Shown here: positions 13,950-25,395 of the stretch, in pieces
How the letters are laid out: every line of letters begins with the position of its first letter
Position numbering within the stretch: position 1 is the stretch's first letter
Assembly (NCBI GenBank): GCA_951406725.2
Contig: OX597818.1
Span: 39,370,001-39,434,000, forward strand
Direction of reading: 5' to 3'
DNA length: 64,000 nucleotides
From: Octopus vulgaris
Taxonomy: Eukaryota
Translations under genes and position numbers: made by a program
Notes under the pieces: generated by a model
Databases searched by the model: none
Told to the model about the DNA's origin: nothing
The model's input: only the letters and a program-made list of their open reading frames with translations

Positions 13950-14982
13950 GTAAGTATGATTCTTTTCCCCTATTATGAGTCTAAAACGCAATAAGGATTA
14001 TAACAGTTGTAATAATTCTGCCTGTAGACCTCTATACATGCAGTAAAAAGTAGAAAATATTGTTACTTATTCTACCATAAATAGAATTAATGAAATACTA
14101 AAAGTAGTTCCATTTTTCAATCAAAGATTGCTTGAACACCCAGCTGTATTATATTGCATATTACAATTAGCATACTGATAAAACATTCAATTGTATGTAT
14201 CATACAAGAGAAGGAATTACTTCTTTGAATAATGGTTCTTGGTCAGAATTTCCAGCCATGAATTCAGTTTGTCAATCAACTGATCTATGAAGTCCATTGA
14301 AATTTACATGTAAGTGGCTGAGTACTCCACTGATGTATGTACACTTAATATAATTCTCAAGTAGAATTGGTATGACAGGATATGACAAAGATTGATCTTT
14401 GAATTACAGGTACAATGTAACCAAAGGGCTTTTACATAGTCTCCATTGGACCAAATTTATTTACAAGGTATGAGCTTGTTCAAGTCTTTAAAAAAAAAGA
14501 TTGACACTAGCACAAGATTCCATGCCATGGCATTGAACACAGGACCTTGTGAAGCAGACTTCTTAACCATTCATCCATAATGATACCGTGCAGTATTCTT
14601 TGAAAAGAAGAAGACCATAAAACACATATTTCTAACAAACCTTTTTAGTCCTGGGGTCGATTTGCTCGACTAAAGGCGGTGCTCCAGCATGGCCACAGTC
14701 AAATGACTGAAACAAGTAAAAGAGTAAAAGAAAAGAGCATAATAAATTTAGTATCATAACAGCTAATTCATATTGTTGAACAGTTGCTACGTATAACACA
14801 TTTTATGCACTACACAGTATAAATCAAAAGAAATGAAATAAATTTAAATATTACCAAGCCAGGTTATGACTGAACTAAAAATGTAATTATATTCCTTCCA
14901 TCCTTTTTGACGTGAAAAAAAAGAACGTGATGGAGTAATCTGATGGACCTTTTCATGGTTCTTTGTCTACTCCACTGAGATG

Positions 14983-15386
14983 TACTCTTTTACTTGTTTC
15001 AGTCATTTGACTGTGGCCATGCTGGAGCACCACCTTTAGTCGAGCAAATCGACCCCAGGACTTGTTCTTTTTAAGCCTAGTACTTATTCTATCAGTCTCT
15101 TTAGCTGAACCGCTAAGTTATGGGGACATAAACACACCAGCATCGGTTGTCAAGCGATGTTGGGGGGACAAACACAGATACACAAACACACATATATATA
15201 TATATATACACATACATATATACGACGGGCTTCTTTCAGTTTCCGTCTACCAAATCCACTCACAAGGCTTTGGTCGGCCTGAGGCTATATTAGAAGACAT
15301 TTGCCCAAAGTGCCACACAGTGGGACTGAACCTGGAACCATGTGGTTCGTAAGCAAGCTACTTACCACACAGCCACTCCTATGCCT
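14983..15386 (-). mobile_element. Full-length tRNA-derived SINE with (AAAAGAGT)n tail
   Basis: Head AGGCATAGGAGTGGCTGTGTGGTAAG...GGTTCAGTCCCAC, internal (TA/TG)n, tail GAAACAAGTAAAAGAGTA; copies at 33334, 34663 and 37123. Confidence 0.88.
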
Positions 15387-15918
15387 ATTTATAATTTTCT
15401 CTTTTCCATGGTTTGTTGACACACCTTATTTAATACAAGCAAATATTCTTTAAGAACCACAAGCCTTTTGTTACTATATTTATGCTGACATACACTGCCA
15501 TTGTTTCAATTAAATTTGAAAATAACGAAAAATTTCATGAAATTTTAATAGGTTTTAATTTAGATCATTTTAAAACAAAATGTTTTAATTTTAAAGCAAA
15601 ATTATAGAATCAGGAGCAGTCTTAGGTGGGTTGTTATTAAAAGAGTATCAAGAATTGTTTAAGATAAGAAAACAAATCAGTGCTAAACTGTCACCAGTTA
15701 GAAGATTTCTTCTCTAGGTTTATTTAGCAAAAACAACTGAGTGAGAAATTTAGCTTCCTAAACCATTACTTGTTACATAGTAGTATGTAACTATGTTAAT
15801 TTAATATCGTTTTTTATATATTGAATTATCATATTTTGTGTGAAATTACAGTAAAATTTAAATGTAGATATTTACAGTGCTGTTAACATAATTTTAATAT
15901 TGCTCTTCTTCATTTCAG

Positions 15919-15981
15919 TTCTGATATAACTTTTGTCATAGCACAGCAAAAAGCACCTCACAGACTCATTAATATACCCAG
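15919..15981 (+). CDS. Cad99C: Cad99C-like exon
   Basis: catttcag|...|gtaaat; (I)SDITFVIAQQKAPHRLINIP(S); phase 2-2. Confidence 0.78.
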
Positions 15982-17759
15982 GTAAATTTCCTCTTTTCCA
16001 CTTGTAAAAATAGTCAGACAAAACACATGCTTACTTGCAATTAGTTTGTCATGTGAAGTCATTTCCATATTTAGATTTTAAGTTAATAGTTGCTTTCTTT
16101 CTGAGGCATTCAGGGAAAATGATTAGCTTTCTTGAAGTAAGTATACAGAAAGATATAAGAACTTTTTTATAAAGGTTAAGAATCATATTTGTGTATAAAC
16201 GTTACACTGATTATACCCTACATTTGTGAAGTTGTGTATGTTTCAAATATAGATTAAAATATTGAATAATTCTAAATAATAGTTTAAAATCAAGTTGGTA
16301 TTTTGTACAGATTTCTAAACTGCCACAAAATCTTCAGTCATGTTAAGTAAATAGATACAATGGCTTCAGTAAATATAATTTTGCTGATTTTTTTCTTACC
16401 ATATATACCTTCAAGAACCTGTCTGACAAGAATAGAATATATCAAAAGCTAACCAAGTAAATAGCATCATGGACTTTAATTTTCTTTTTCATAACTTGTA
16501 CTAGTTGTGATGTTGTTTTTTTTATTAAGTGGGACAGGTGGAAGGAAAACTTCGCATTTCTTTTTTGTTGAATATCGCCTCACAGATTTTCCTTATTGAC
16601 ACAAGTATGATAATCTTTATGTCATGCACAGTTTAAAACATTCCATATTTGAAGCTAACTTAACCACTTGTTCTCTTATTCTTGTTTACTTATTACCTAC
16701 CTCTCACTTCTTATAATCAATCTCTTTCTACAATAAATCTTGTTCCCTTCTACAGAAATAGTTGACAGTGAATGCATTACTCATTCTAAGGTAGAATTAG
16801 TCACCTTTGATAGCAGTAACTTTACCTACAAGGGAAATTGTTGCTATACTGGTTTCAGATGCTTGTTTGAAGACAGGTGGCTTTCTTTTAGCTGATAGCC
16901 ATTGATAAGAACACTTTTAAGTAAAACTTGTGCTTGAAAAGCAGAAAGTTAAAAAGAAAAAAAAACATCTAACAACATTATTCTGCTGTTGATGAGATGC
17001 TGATATACTTCTAAAAAATTTGTTTACAAAACTTAAATTTTTCTCTAAGATAGAAAAATAATTTTCAATATATCAAATAATCATTACTGGTGGGTCTTTA
17101 GCATTCATATCACCCAAGGATAACAATAGATGGTAGGTCATCTTTTATTATAAATATTTTTTTCATTTCCTTTGGAAAATGTTTTTTAAATACTTCTCAT
17201 ACAAAAAATTTCATTAAAATTTTTTTTTCCATCTGTGTCCTTCATCAGTTAATTATTCAAATATATTGTACTTTTGCACAATTGATATCATAATTATCCA
17301 ATTTTGATACATTAGGTACTATTTAATGCTTTTGTGGCCTTATTTTTAATGAAATACACTGCCTAATTAATTTTTTAAAATAAAAAAAAAATAGGGGGAA
17401 ATTTAATAATATTACTTAAAAGATTCTTTCAAAAAATTATAATGGATTGTTTTAATTTAATTAGTTGCTCTTTAAAATAAAAAGATTTTGTGGTATAAAG
17501 TAGGTTCAAAAACAGTTAAGAGTATTTTCTTTCAAGATTATTATCTTGTTAATATTTGGGATTGAAGTGAAGATACACTTTCTAGATTGTACATTCCATC
17601 ATAAAGTAACAAGGAATATCTATGAAAATAGATAAATAACATCAGACTTTTTGCAAAATGTGATATACCTAAATAGATTCTGTAAAATATGAAATTAAAC
17701 TTTGTTATCCCACATTTACAATCGCCCTTATAATATTACTGAATTTGAACTCATTAACG

Positions 17760-18069
17760 CAGGGGTTGAGGGACTTTTTTAACCTATTACCCCAAAATAT
17801 ATTTATTTACAGCTACATTACCCCCTTGGTTTGAAAGAAAGAAAATCATAGATTCTTTGAATTCAAAGGATCTATTGAATCTATTTGGTGTGACATCTCA
17901 TAAACACATCCAATACATTGAAAAGATACATTGAAAAGAAGACATATTTCGGTCATAACAAGGAACATGTTTTTATATAATTTTATTTATGTCTAATGAG
18001 TTTTCATTACCCCCAAGAATTTTATTTTTACCCCACTTGGGATAATTTACCCCAGTTTGTCAACCCCTG
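17760..18069. mobile_element. hAT-type MITE
   Basis: TIR CAGGGGTTGA / TCAACCCCTG, subterminal TTACCCC repeats, eroded 8-bp TSD CATTAACG / CATTAGTT. Confidence 0.7.
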
Positions 18070-18299
18070 CATTAGTTAGTTCAGCTGCCTTCATTCCTCA
18101 ACCTCTAATCACACAACAGAAACTACAAAATGATTAAAAATACAAACTGTGACTCTTAAACCCTTTATCATGAGACCATATTGCTTTCAATGTTTGTTTC
18201 CACTTCTCTCTCTCTCTCTTTCACACCTTTTCTCTCACTCCTCCCATTATATATACCTAAAAAAATCTGACTCAAAGAGTAATTTCCTTTCATTTGCAG

Positions 18300-18515
18300 C
18301 AATGATCAGGTTAGGCAGGAGCTTAATAATTTAGGAAATTCTATCAACGACATTGGAGCTGTGATAGCTGCCTACCAACCTGAAAGGGCTGCAATGAAGA
18401 CCAAAAGTTTTGTTTGGTGGATGGATGATCCTTGGGCTGCACTTGTTGCATTGGCTGCAATCATTATTTTGCTCTGCCTAATAGGAATCATTGTTGTGTT
18501 ATTTACATGGTCAAG
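18300..18515 (+). CDS. Cad99C: Cad99C-like exon encoding the transmembrane helix
   Basis: tttgcag|...|gtaagc; ...KSFVWWMDDPWAALVALAAIIILLCLIGIIVVLFTWS(R); hydrophobic helix followed by WSRY, as in Cad99C WSKY. Confidence 0.9.
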
Positions 18516-18561
18516 GTAAGCCTTCATGTTTTTCTTAATCTGTTTCTAAGTTTATTAAATA

Positions 18562-18933
18562 CTAGCAGTATCACCCGGCGTTGCTTGGGTTTGTTTTGAC
18601 CCTTTAGAATTGAAATTTTTGAAAAGTAAAAATTTTGTATTATATAGCTTGTTATTCTCTTTGAGTGAACATTTTTCTGGTTGAAATACACATGCAAAAT
18701 GGTGACACAGCAGTCAAAAAATTGTAAAAAAATAGGGATTTTCATAGAAAAAAAAGCACCTTTTTGATGTAAATAATTTTTGGTGTTAACATGGTCCGAT
18801 TTGAATTTTTTCTTCTACGGAAGGAAGAGCAAACCTTCTATCATACTCTCAATTTTGGTCAACTTGCACCGAGTTAGTTGAAGGCTACCAAACCTGCCAT
18901 ACACAGACAACTTCAGCTTTATATATATAGAGA
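18562..18933 (-). mobile_element. Non-autonomous Helitron
   Basis: Copy of 7942-8333; TC...CTAG ends in an AT target. Confidence 0.82.
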
Positions 18934-19769
18934 TAAGACACTATTACACTACTTGAGACATTATACAGCTATATCAGAAATTTATCCTTCAGCTAGTTCA
19001 TTTTTTCTTTTATTAATATTTCTCAGAGGTCAGAATGATGTACAGTATATCTTGTGCTTTCTGGATGTTTCTCTACATTCTGAGCTCAAATCCAACTTTT
19101 TTTCTTTTCTTCTTCTCTCTTTTCTTTCAATTCTCTAAGCCTGATAAAAAAAAAAATTCCATACACAATATGTACCCCACACTCTGAGAAACTCTCCCCA
19201 TGACTCATCTCCTCAATACACCTTTCCCCCCGCCGCCATGCTCATCAATCACTGCATTTCCCCTAGTCTCTCTCACATACCTACCTCCCCACAACATATC
19301 TTCCCAACAGTCCCACCCTCTACATGTGCCCACTCATTACACTTACTTCCATCTACCACTTTCCTTTCACAATCTCATGAACTCACCCTTTCCATCTCCG
19401 GCCCACTCACCATCACCACCATCTTCTTTTTTTCACTCTTCCCCACTCTTTCTAATCTCATTCTACCTGAAGCAGGAATGTCTCACCTCTAATGCAAGAC
19501 TCCTTTTTTCTGTCCTTCATTTCTACCCACCTCCACCTTAGTTGCAGGATTTTGTCCGGCTAGTTACTTCTGCTGATTCCACATAAAAAGCACTCTGTAT
19601 ATTCTGTACACTCTCTTAAGTGGTTACCATTAGGAAAGGCAATAGAAACAATGCTAAGATAGACAGCAAGGATTAGTGCAGTTTTCTGACATGCCAGTTT
19701 CTGTGAAACTATCAAACCTATGCTGGCATGAAAAACAGATATTAAATGGTAATGATGATCTTTACCATT

Positions 19770-20138
19770 TCTTATTTGTTTACTGCCCACAAGGGGCTAA
19801 ACACGGAGAGGACAAACAAGGACAGTCAAATGGATTAAGTCGATTATATCGACCCCAGTGTGTAACTGGTACTTATTTAATCGACCCTGAAAGGATGAAA
19901 GGCAAAGTCGACCTCGGCGGAATTTGAACTCAGAACGTAGCGGCAGACGAAATACCGATTTCTTTACTACCCACAAGGAGCTAAACACAGAGAGGACAAT
20001 GACAGACAAACGGATTAAGTCGATTATCTTGACCGTAGTGCGTAACTGGTACTTATTTAATTAACCCCGAAAGGATGAAAGGCAAAGTCAACCTTGGCCG
20101 AATTTGAACTCAGAACATAGCGGCAGACGAAATACAGC
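19770..20138 (-). mobile_element. Tandem pair of tRNA-derived SINE segments (GTCGACTTTGCCTTTCATCC family)
   Basis: Two ~184 bp units (starting near 19779 and 19963), reverse complement of 31188-31414. Confidence 0.8.
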
Positions 20139-20201
<63 letters not shown>

Positions 20202-20202
<1 letters not shown>

Positions 20203-20572
20203 TCAAAAACTGAGCAAATATAAAGATCTTGAAATAGAAATCAGCAAAATGTGGAACCTCAAGACTAAAACAATACTTGTTATCATAGGTGCCCTGGGAA
20301 CAATAGCAAAAGGGGCTGATTGCTACCTAACTCAGATACCAGGAAATCCAAAAATGGCAGAAATTCAAAAGATAGATGTAATCTCAAGTTTTAAAACAAA
20401 CATAATTTTCGTATGTTTTTTTTAGACACTCACTAGTACAACACTAAGTATAAAACCAAATATATGGCACCCTAGGCATAACACCAACATGAACTTCCAA
20501 TTTGTTGTCTCTTGAGGTCTCTGGGTGAGACTTGGAGCCAACTTGTACAAATATAAAGCAAAAGTCAAACAG
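20202..20572 (+). mobile_element. R4/Dong-clade non-LTR element 3' fragment
   Basis: KLSKYKDLEIEISKMWNLKTKTILVIIGALGTI...IQKI plus 3'UTR, bounded on both sides by (TAA)n. Confidence 0.8.
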
Positions 20573-20599
20573 AATAATAATAATAATAATAATAATAAT

Positions 20600-21305
20600 T
20601 ACCAAAAACATGTAATGAAAAGAAATATAACAAGTAACTGCAGAATATGTGGAGATGGACAAGAAACAATAAATCATATTATCTCTGGCTGCCCAGTCCT
20701 GGCTAAGAAGGAATATATTCACAGACATGACAGATTTGGAACCTATATACGCTGGAAGCTATGCCAACATTATGGAATAACAACAGAAAAAAGATGGTAT
20801 AGGCACACACCAGAAAAGGTCACAGAAAACGAGAAAGCAACCATACTCTGGGATATGCCGATACACACAGATAGAGAAATTAAGGCCAACAGACCAGATA
20901 TAGTTGTCAGAGATCATGAAGAAAAAAATGCTTTCTAATTGATGTATCAATACCAGCAGATGACAACGTGTCTCTAAAAGAAATGGAGAAACTTTCAAAA
21001 TACAAAGACCTGGAAATAGAGGTAACCAGAATGTGGAATCTAAAAACAGAAATAATTCCTATCATAGTAGGTGCCTTAGGCATGGTAAAAAAATATTCAG
21101 ACAAATACATAACAAAAACATCAGGACTTACAAACACATATAACATACAGAAAATTGCACTACTAGGCACTGCACACATCCTACGCAGAACACTTTCCAT
21201 ACAATAACCATCAGAGCATCACAACAAATCACAGCACATACCCAAGGCACACAGAGCTGTGCTCGGTAGTGAAGTGAAAGCACGCTATAAAAATAAAACT
21301 ACTGA
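20600..21305 (+). mobile_element. R4/Dong-clade non-LTR element, CCHC and restriction-like endonuclease region
   Basis: CRICGDGQETINHIISGC (CCHC), RHD, NRPDIVV..(frameshift)..LIDVSIP..D, EKLSKYKDL, PIIVGALG...LRRTLSIQ*; inserted in (TAA)n, the known Dong target. Confidence 0.92.
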
Positions 21306-21569
21306 ATAATAATAATAATAATAACCCTCTCTACTAAAGGGACAAGTCCAGCAATTTTAAGGGAGGGAATAAGATGATTACATTGTTTCCAGTGCTTATC
21401 TGGTACTTATTTTATCACTCCTGAAAGCATGAAAGGGAAAGTCAACCTTGGTGGAATTTGAACTCAGAACATAAAAAGCCAGAAGAAATGCCACTACGAA
21501 TTTTGTCTGATGTGCTAATGATTCTGCTGGCTTGCCATTTCAATGATAATAATAATAACAATAATAATA

Positions 21570-22130
21570 AGTACCAGGCAGTGGTTCTCATGGCTTCTGA
21601 TCTTAACTGATTGGAAGTGTTATCATGTACATTGTTTTGTCTTGGTATAAAAGATGGGCTACAACAAATATTCTGCTCAATACCACAGATTTGCTTGTCA
21701 GTTGTTTGACCTTAACCAGTTGAGTATGTCCCTTAGTGGCTGACGATATGTGCATTTCTGATCATGAGCAGTAGTGGGGGAGCATTATAGCCATGTGTTG
21801 AGAGGGATTCTTTTGGGGTTTTAATAATTCACCTCTGGAAACATGGGTGTTTCGTTCAACATCCTTAAACAACTCTTATTCAGGGACCTTTTGAGCAGGA
21901 TGGGTTACTCGACCAGAAGAAAATTCTAACTGGGCCCCATCTGCAAGGTCATGTGCTGTTTATCTTGATATGAGATCACCATGTCGTGCACATATGGTTG
22001 TGATGCATGTGCCTGGTGTACCCTTATCAGACGGGTAGTCATGATGGGTATACTGGGCTTCGTATATTTTACCCCAGTGTCACTTTGATGGCATGCACTG
22101 CTCTCTCACTCAGTAATAATAATAATAATA
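21570..22130 (+). mobile_element. (AAT)n-flanked non-coding retroelement (Dong-type 3'UTR or its SINE)
   Basis: Flanked by (AAT)n; its 3' part is repeated at 9697-9960. Confidence 0.65.
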
Positions 22131-22131
22131 T

Positions 22132-22900
22132 ACAAGATGAAGAGTGTGATGCAACTGCATTAAATATTTTATTGGTGGAACAATATTTTGACAGCAAGCC
22201 TGTCTTTGTCAAGTTCAAAATAAAGTGATAAAAATTCAAAATTATTGAAATTCAAATCTAAAGTATCAACTAGAGCAACCAGTGTCCACACATTGATGGA
22301 ATGACAAAATGTTTGGCAAGTTCTGTTATTGTGCCTGACATCATATCTATTTAATTGCTCTGATTTATGTTGGTTGTACAACAGAACAATTAAACAAAGA
22401 TTTAATGGGCACAGTTATGATGTCAGGCACAATTACAGTAGTTTGACAGAACTTGCTTAAAATTTTGCTTCAAATGGCTGCAATTTTGATGAAAACTTGA
22501 AAGTGCATATTCTCAGAAAATATTCTGAATCTGCTGCCATTTCAATACTCAAAAATGCATGAGGAGAAATATGCTTGTGAGTAATTAACATCACACCCTA
22601 AGGGAATGAATAAAATGACAGGAGAATATCATCAAATTTACACAAAATATTCTTCTTTGAAACGTAAAAACTAATGATGTCATTCCATCAACATGTAGAT
22701 ACTGGTTGCTCTCATTCATACTTTAGATTTGAATTTCTATAATTTTGAATTTTTATCACTGTTTATTTTGAACTTGACAAAGACTGGATTGCTGTCGAAA
22801 TATTGTTCAACCAATAAAATATCTGATGCAATTGCATCGCACTCTTCATCTTGTCTGTTTACCTTTGTGAAGAGTTACGTCGATCCTTTTAAAATACAAT
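22132..22900 (+). mobile_element. Penelope-like element 3' end: GIY-YIG endonuclease remnant between inverted pseudo-LTRs
   Basis: Decayed IYLI..IYVGCTTEQLNK(R)FNGHSYDVRH...TELA.(H)F...LKVHIL...TSHPKGMN; 22132-22306 is the reverse complement of 22678-22854. Confidence 0.82.
22768..22810 (+). ncRNA. Minimal type-I hammerhead ribozyme variant (U3-A8 core)
   Basis: TTGAAC-TTGACAA-A-GAC(TGGATTGCT)GTC-GAAA-TAT-T-GTTCAA: perfect 6-bp stem I, 3-bp stem II, palindromic ATAT stem III. Confidence 0.65.
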
Positions 22901-23049
22901 AATATAATGTTAATAATAATAATAATAATGTTAATAATAATAATCTAAGCAGTTAATATGTGGGCGATATCATCACTTCGGTATGGAGCACAGATAAAAT
23001 ATCATCACTTCAGTATGGCATGCACAGATAAAATAATAATAATAATAAT

Positions 23050-23600
23050 CTTTTCTACTAAAGGCACAAGACCTGAAATTTGGGGGGAGGGGACTAGTCA
23101 ATTACATTGATCCTAGTGTTTCACTGGTCCTTAATTCATCAACCCTGAAAGGATGAAAGACAAAGTTGACCCCAGCAGAATTTGAACTCAGAACGTAGTG
23201 GCAGACAAAATACCACTAAGCATTTTGCCTGGTGTGCTAACAATTCTGCCAGCTCGCCACCTTAATAATAATAATAATGATAATAATAATGATAATAATA
23301 ATAATAATAATAATACTAATGATGATGATGATGATGATGTAAAGTGGATGCTAAATGATGACAGTGATGATGATAATGTACAAGATAGTGAGCAGGCAGA
23401 ATCATTAGCATGCCAGGCAAAATTCTTGACAGTAGTCCATCTGTCTTTATGTTGTGGGTTCAAATTCCATCAAGGTTGACTTTGCCTGTCATCCTTTCAA
23501 GGTCAATAAAATAAGTACCAGTTGATTACTGGGGTTTCATATAATCACTTTACACACTCCCTTGAAACTGCTGGCCTTGTGCGAAAATTTGAAGCCAGTA
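23050..23600. mobile_element. Head-to-head pair of tRNA-derived SINEs separated by (AAT)n/(GAT)n
   Basis: 23050-23262 (-) and 23388-23600 (+), both from the GTCGACTTTGCCTTTCATCC family. Confidence 0.75.
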
Positions 23601-24017
23601 TATCAGGAGGTACAATTCATCATTGTGGGTTACTTTTGTGGTTTATTCATGAAGAGACAAATTCTTTTTCTCTAGAAATCAAACCAATTACATACTGAAT
23701 AACACACTGAATAATTATGAAAGATGGTGCAATTATAAAAGATGAATGGATTATGAAATACTTTCAATACTGGGCAACAATGTTCCTTCAGAAAGTAGGA
23801 AAGATCAGAAGAGAAGTTGGAAAAAATGTTTGTGTATAACTATATGTGTCTGAAAGTGCATCTGTCGGTGCATTCATAATGTTAAATAAATAAAAAAATT
23901 AGATAAAAAAATTGATAGGTTTGTTCTTTAAAAAAAAACTGATTATCTTGACAAATACAGAAACATCACTCATAACATTTAGACAAAAAAACTCTAGTAA
24001 TTTCTAATTATTTGCAG

Positions 24018-24117
24018 GTATACTAAATATTTGAACCAATATCGAATACATCATCTGGCAAGTGAACCAACAGATTTTGTGGAACCACCAAACTTCTTAA
24101 AAGATTTTGAAACACAA
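24018..24117 (+). CDS. Cad99C: Cad99C-like cytoplasmic exon
   Basis: tttgcag|...|gtaaat; (R)YTKYLNQYRIHHLASEPTDFVEPPNFLKDFETQ; compare Drosophila Cad99C KEYETQ (recalled). Confidence 0.88.
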
Positions 24118-25037
24118 GTAAATACACATATTCACTTCATCTTTTTTTTTAATTGTTTTTGTTGTTATTTAAATATTATGCAAGAATTACATATTTACAT
24201 TCCATTTGTTCTTGTATTTTAATGTTGTCCATTTTCCCAGGCATGGGTTTAGATGGAGATTTATTTGAGATAGGATTTTACAAGTGGGTGCTCTTCCTAT
24301 CACCAACCCTTACCAGTTTTTCTAGAAGGAGATATTTTTATTCCACAGGTCTTTGAAAGTGCAGAGCAATCTGTCATAATGTGAACAAGGGAAGTTAATA
24401 TCAGCCCCCACCCTTTAATCTGGCAGTGACAAGCATAGGCTATTTAAACATCGACACACACATTAAGCCATGCACACACACATTGTAAAGTGGTTGGTGG
24501 TAGGAAGGGCATCCAGGCACAGAAACCATATCAAAACGGACATTGAAGTTTGACAATATCCCTATGGTTTGATGGATCCTTTCAAATTATCCAACCCATT
24601 TCAACCCATGGAAAATGACGAGGGTTCCAGTTTATCCAATCAATGGAACAGCCTGCTTGTGAAATTAACATGCAAGTGGATGAGTTATTGACCCCAGAAG
24701 GATGAAGGGCAAGGTGAACATGTGTAAGACAAGGTCACCACTGCATGTTATACATTCATTGTCATCATCTCTTTGAGTAGTGATATCGAGTTGGTCAATC
24801 TCCACTTGTGTTCATTTCAGAATGGGTGCACTATAACGGGCTACAGTAACCTCAGCAGAATTTGAACTCAGAAGCTATATGAGTCCTGTCTAAGAGTATG
24901 TAGCTGCTATAGAGTATTAAAGTATTGATACTAGTATCTCAAAACACACTAATACATATCAAAAATACTTATTCCTATCTAAAGTTCAAGAAATTTTACT
25001 TGTACGTATACTCTGTAATGTTCATGAAGTAAATCAA

Positions 25038-25395
25038 AGGTGCGGGCATGGCTGTGTGGTAAGAAGTTTGCTTCCTAACCAAATGGTTCCAAGTTCATTC
25101 CCACCTTGGACAAGTTTTCTACTATGGCCTCGGGCCAACCAATGCCTTGCTAGTGGATTTGGTAGACAGAAACTGAAAGAAGCCCATCATATATACAGGT
25201 GTGTGTGTGTGTGTGTTTCTCCCCCATCAACACTTGACAACTCGTGCTGGTGTGTTTATATCCCTGTAACTTAGCACTTTGGCAAAAGAGACTGATAGAA
25301 TACATAAACAAGTATTGGGGTAACTTCATTCAATGAAAATTCTTCAAGGCAGGGCCCCAACACAGCCAGTCTAATTACTGAAAAATGTAAAAGAT
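25038..25395 (+). mobile_element. Older copy of the (AAAAGAGT)-tailed tRNA SINE
   Basis: GGCTGTGTGGTAAG...GGATTTGGTAGACAGAAACTGAAAGAAGCCC. Confidence 0.7.
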
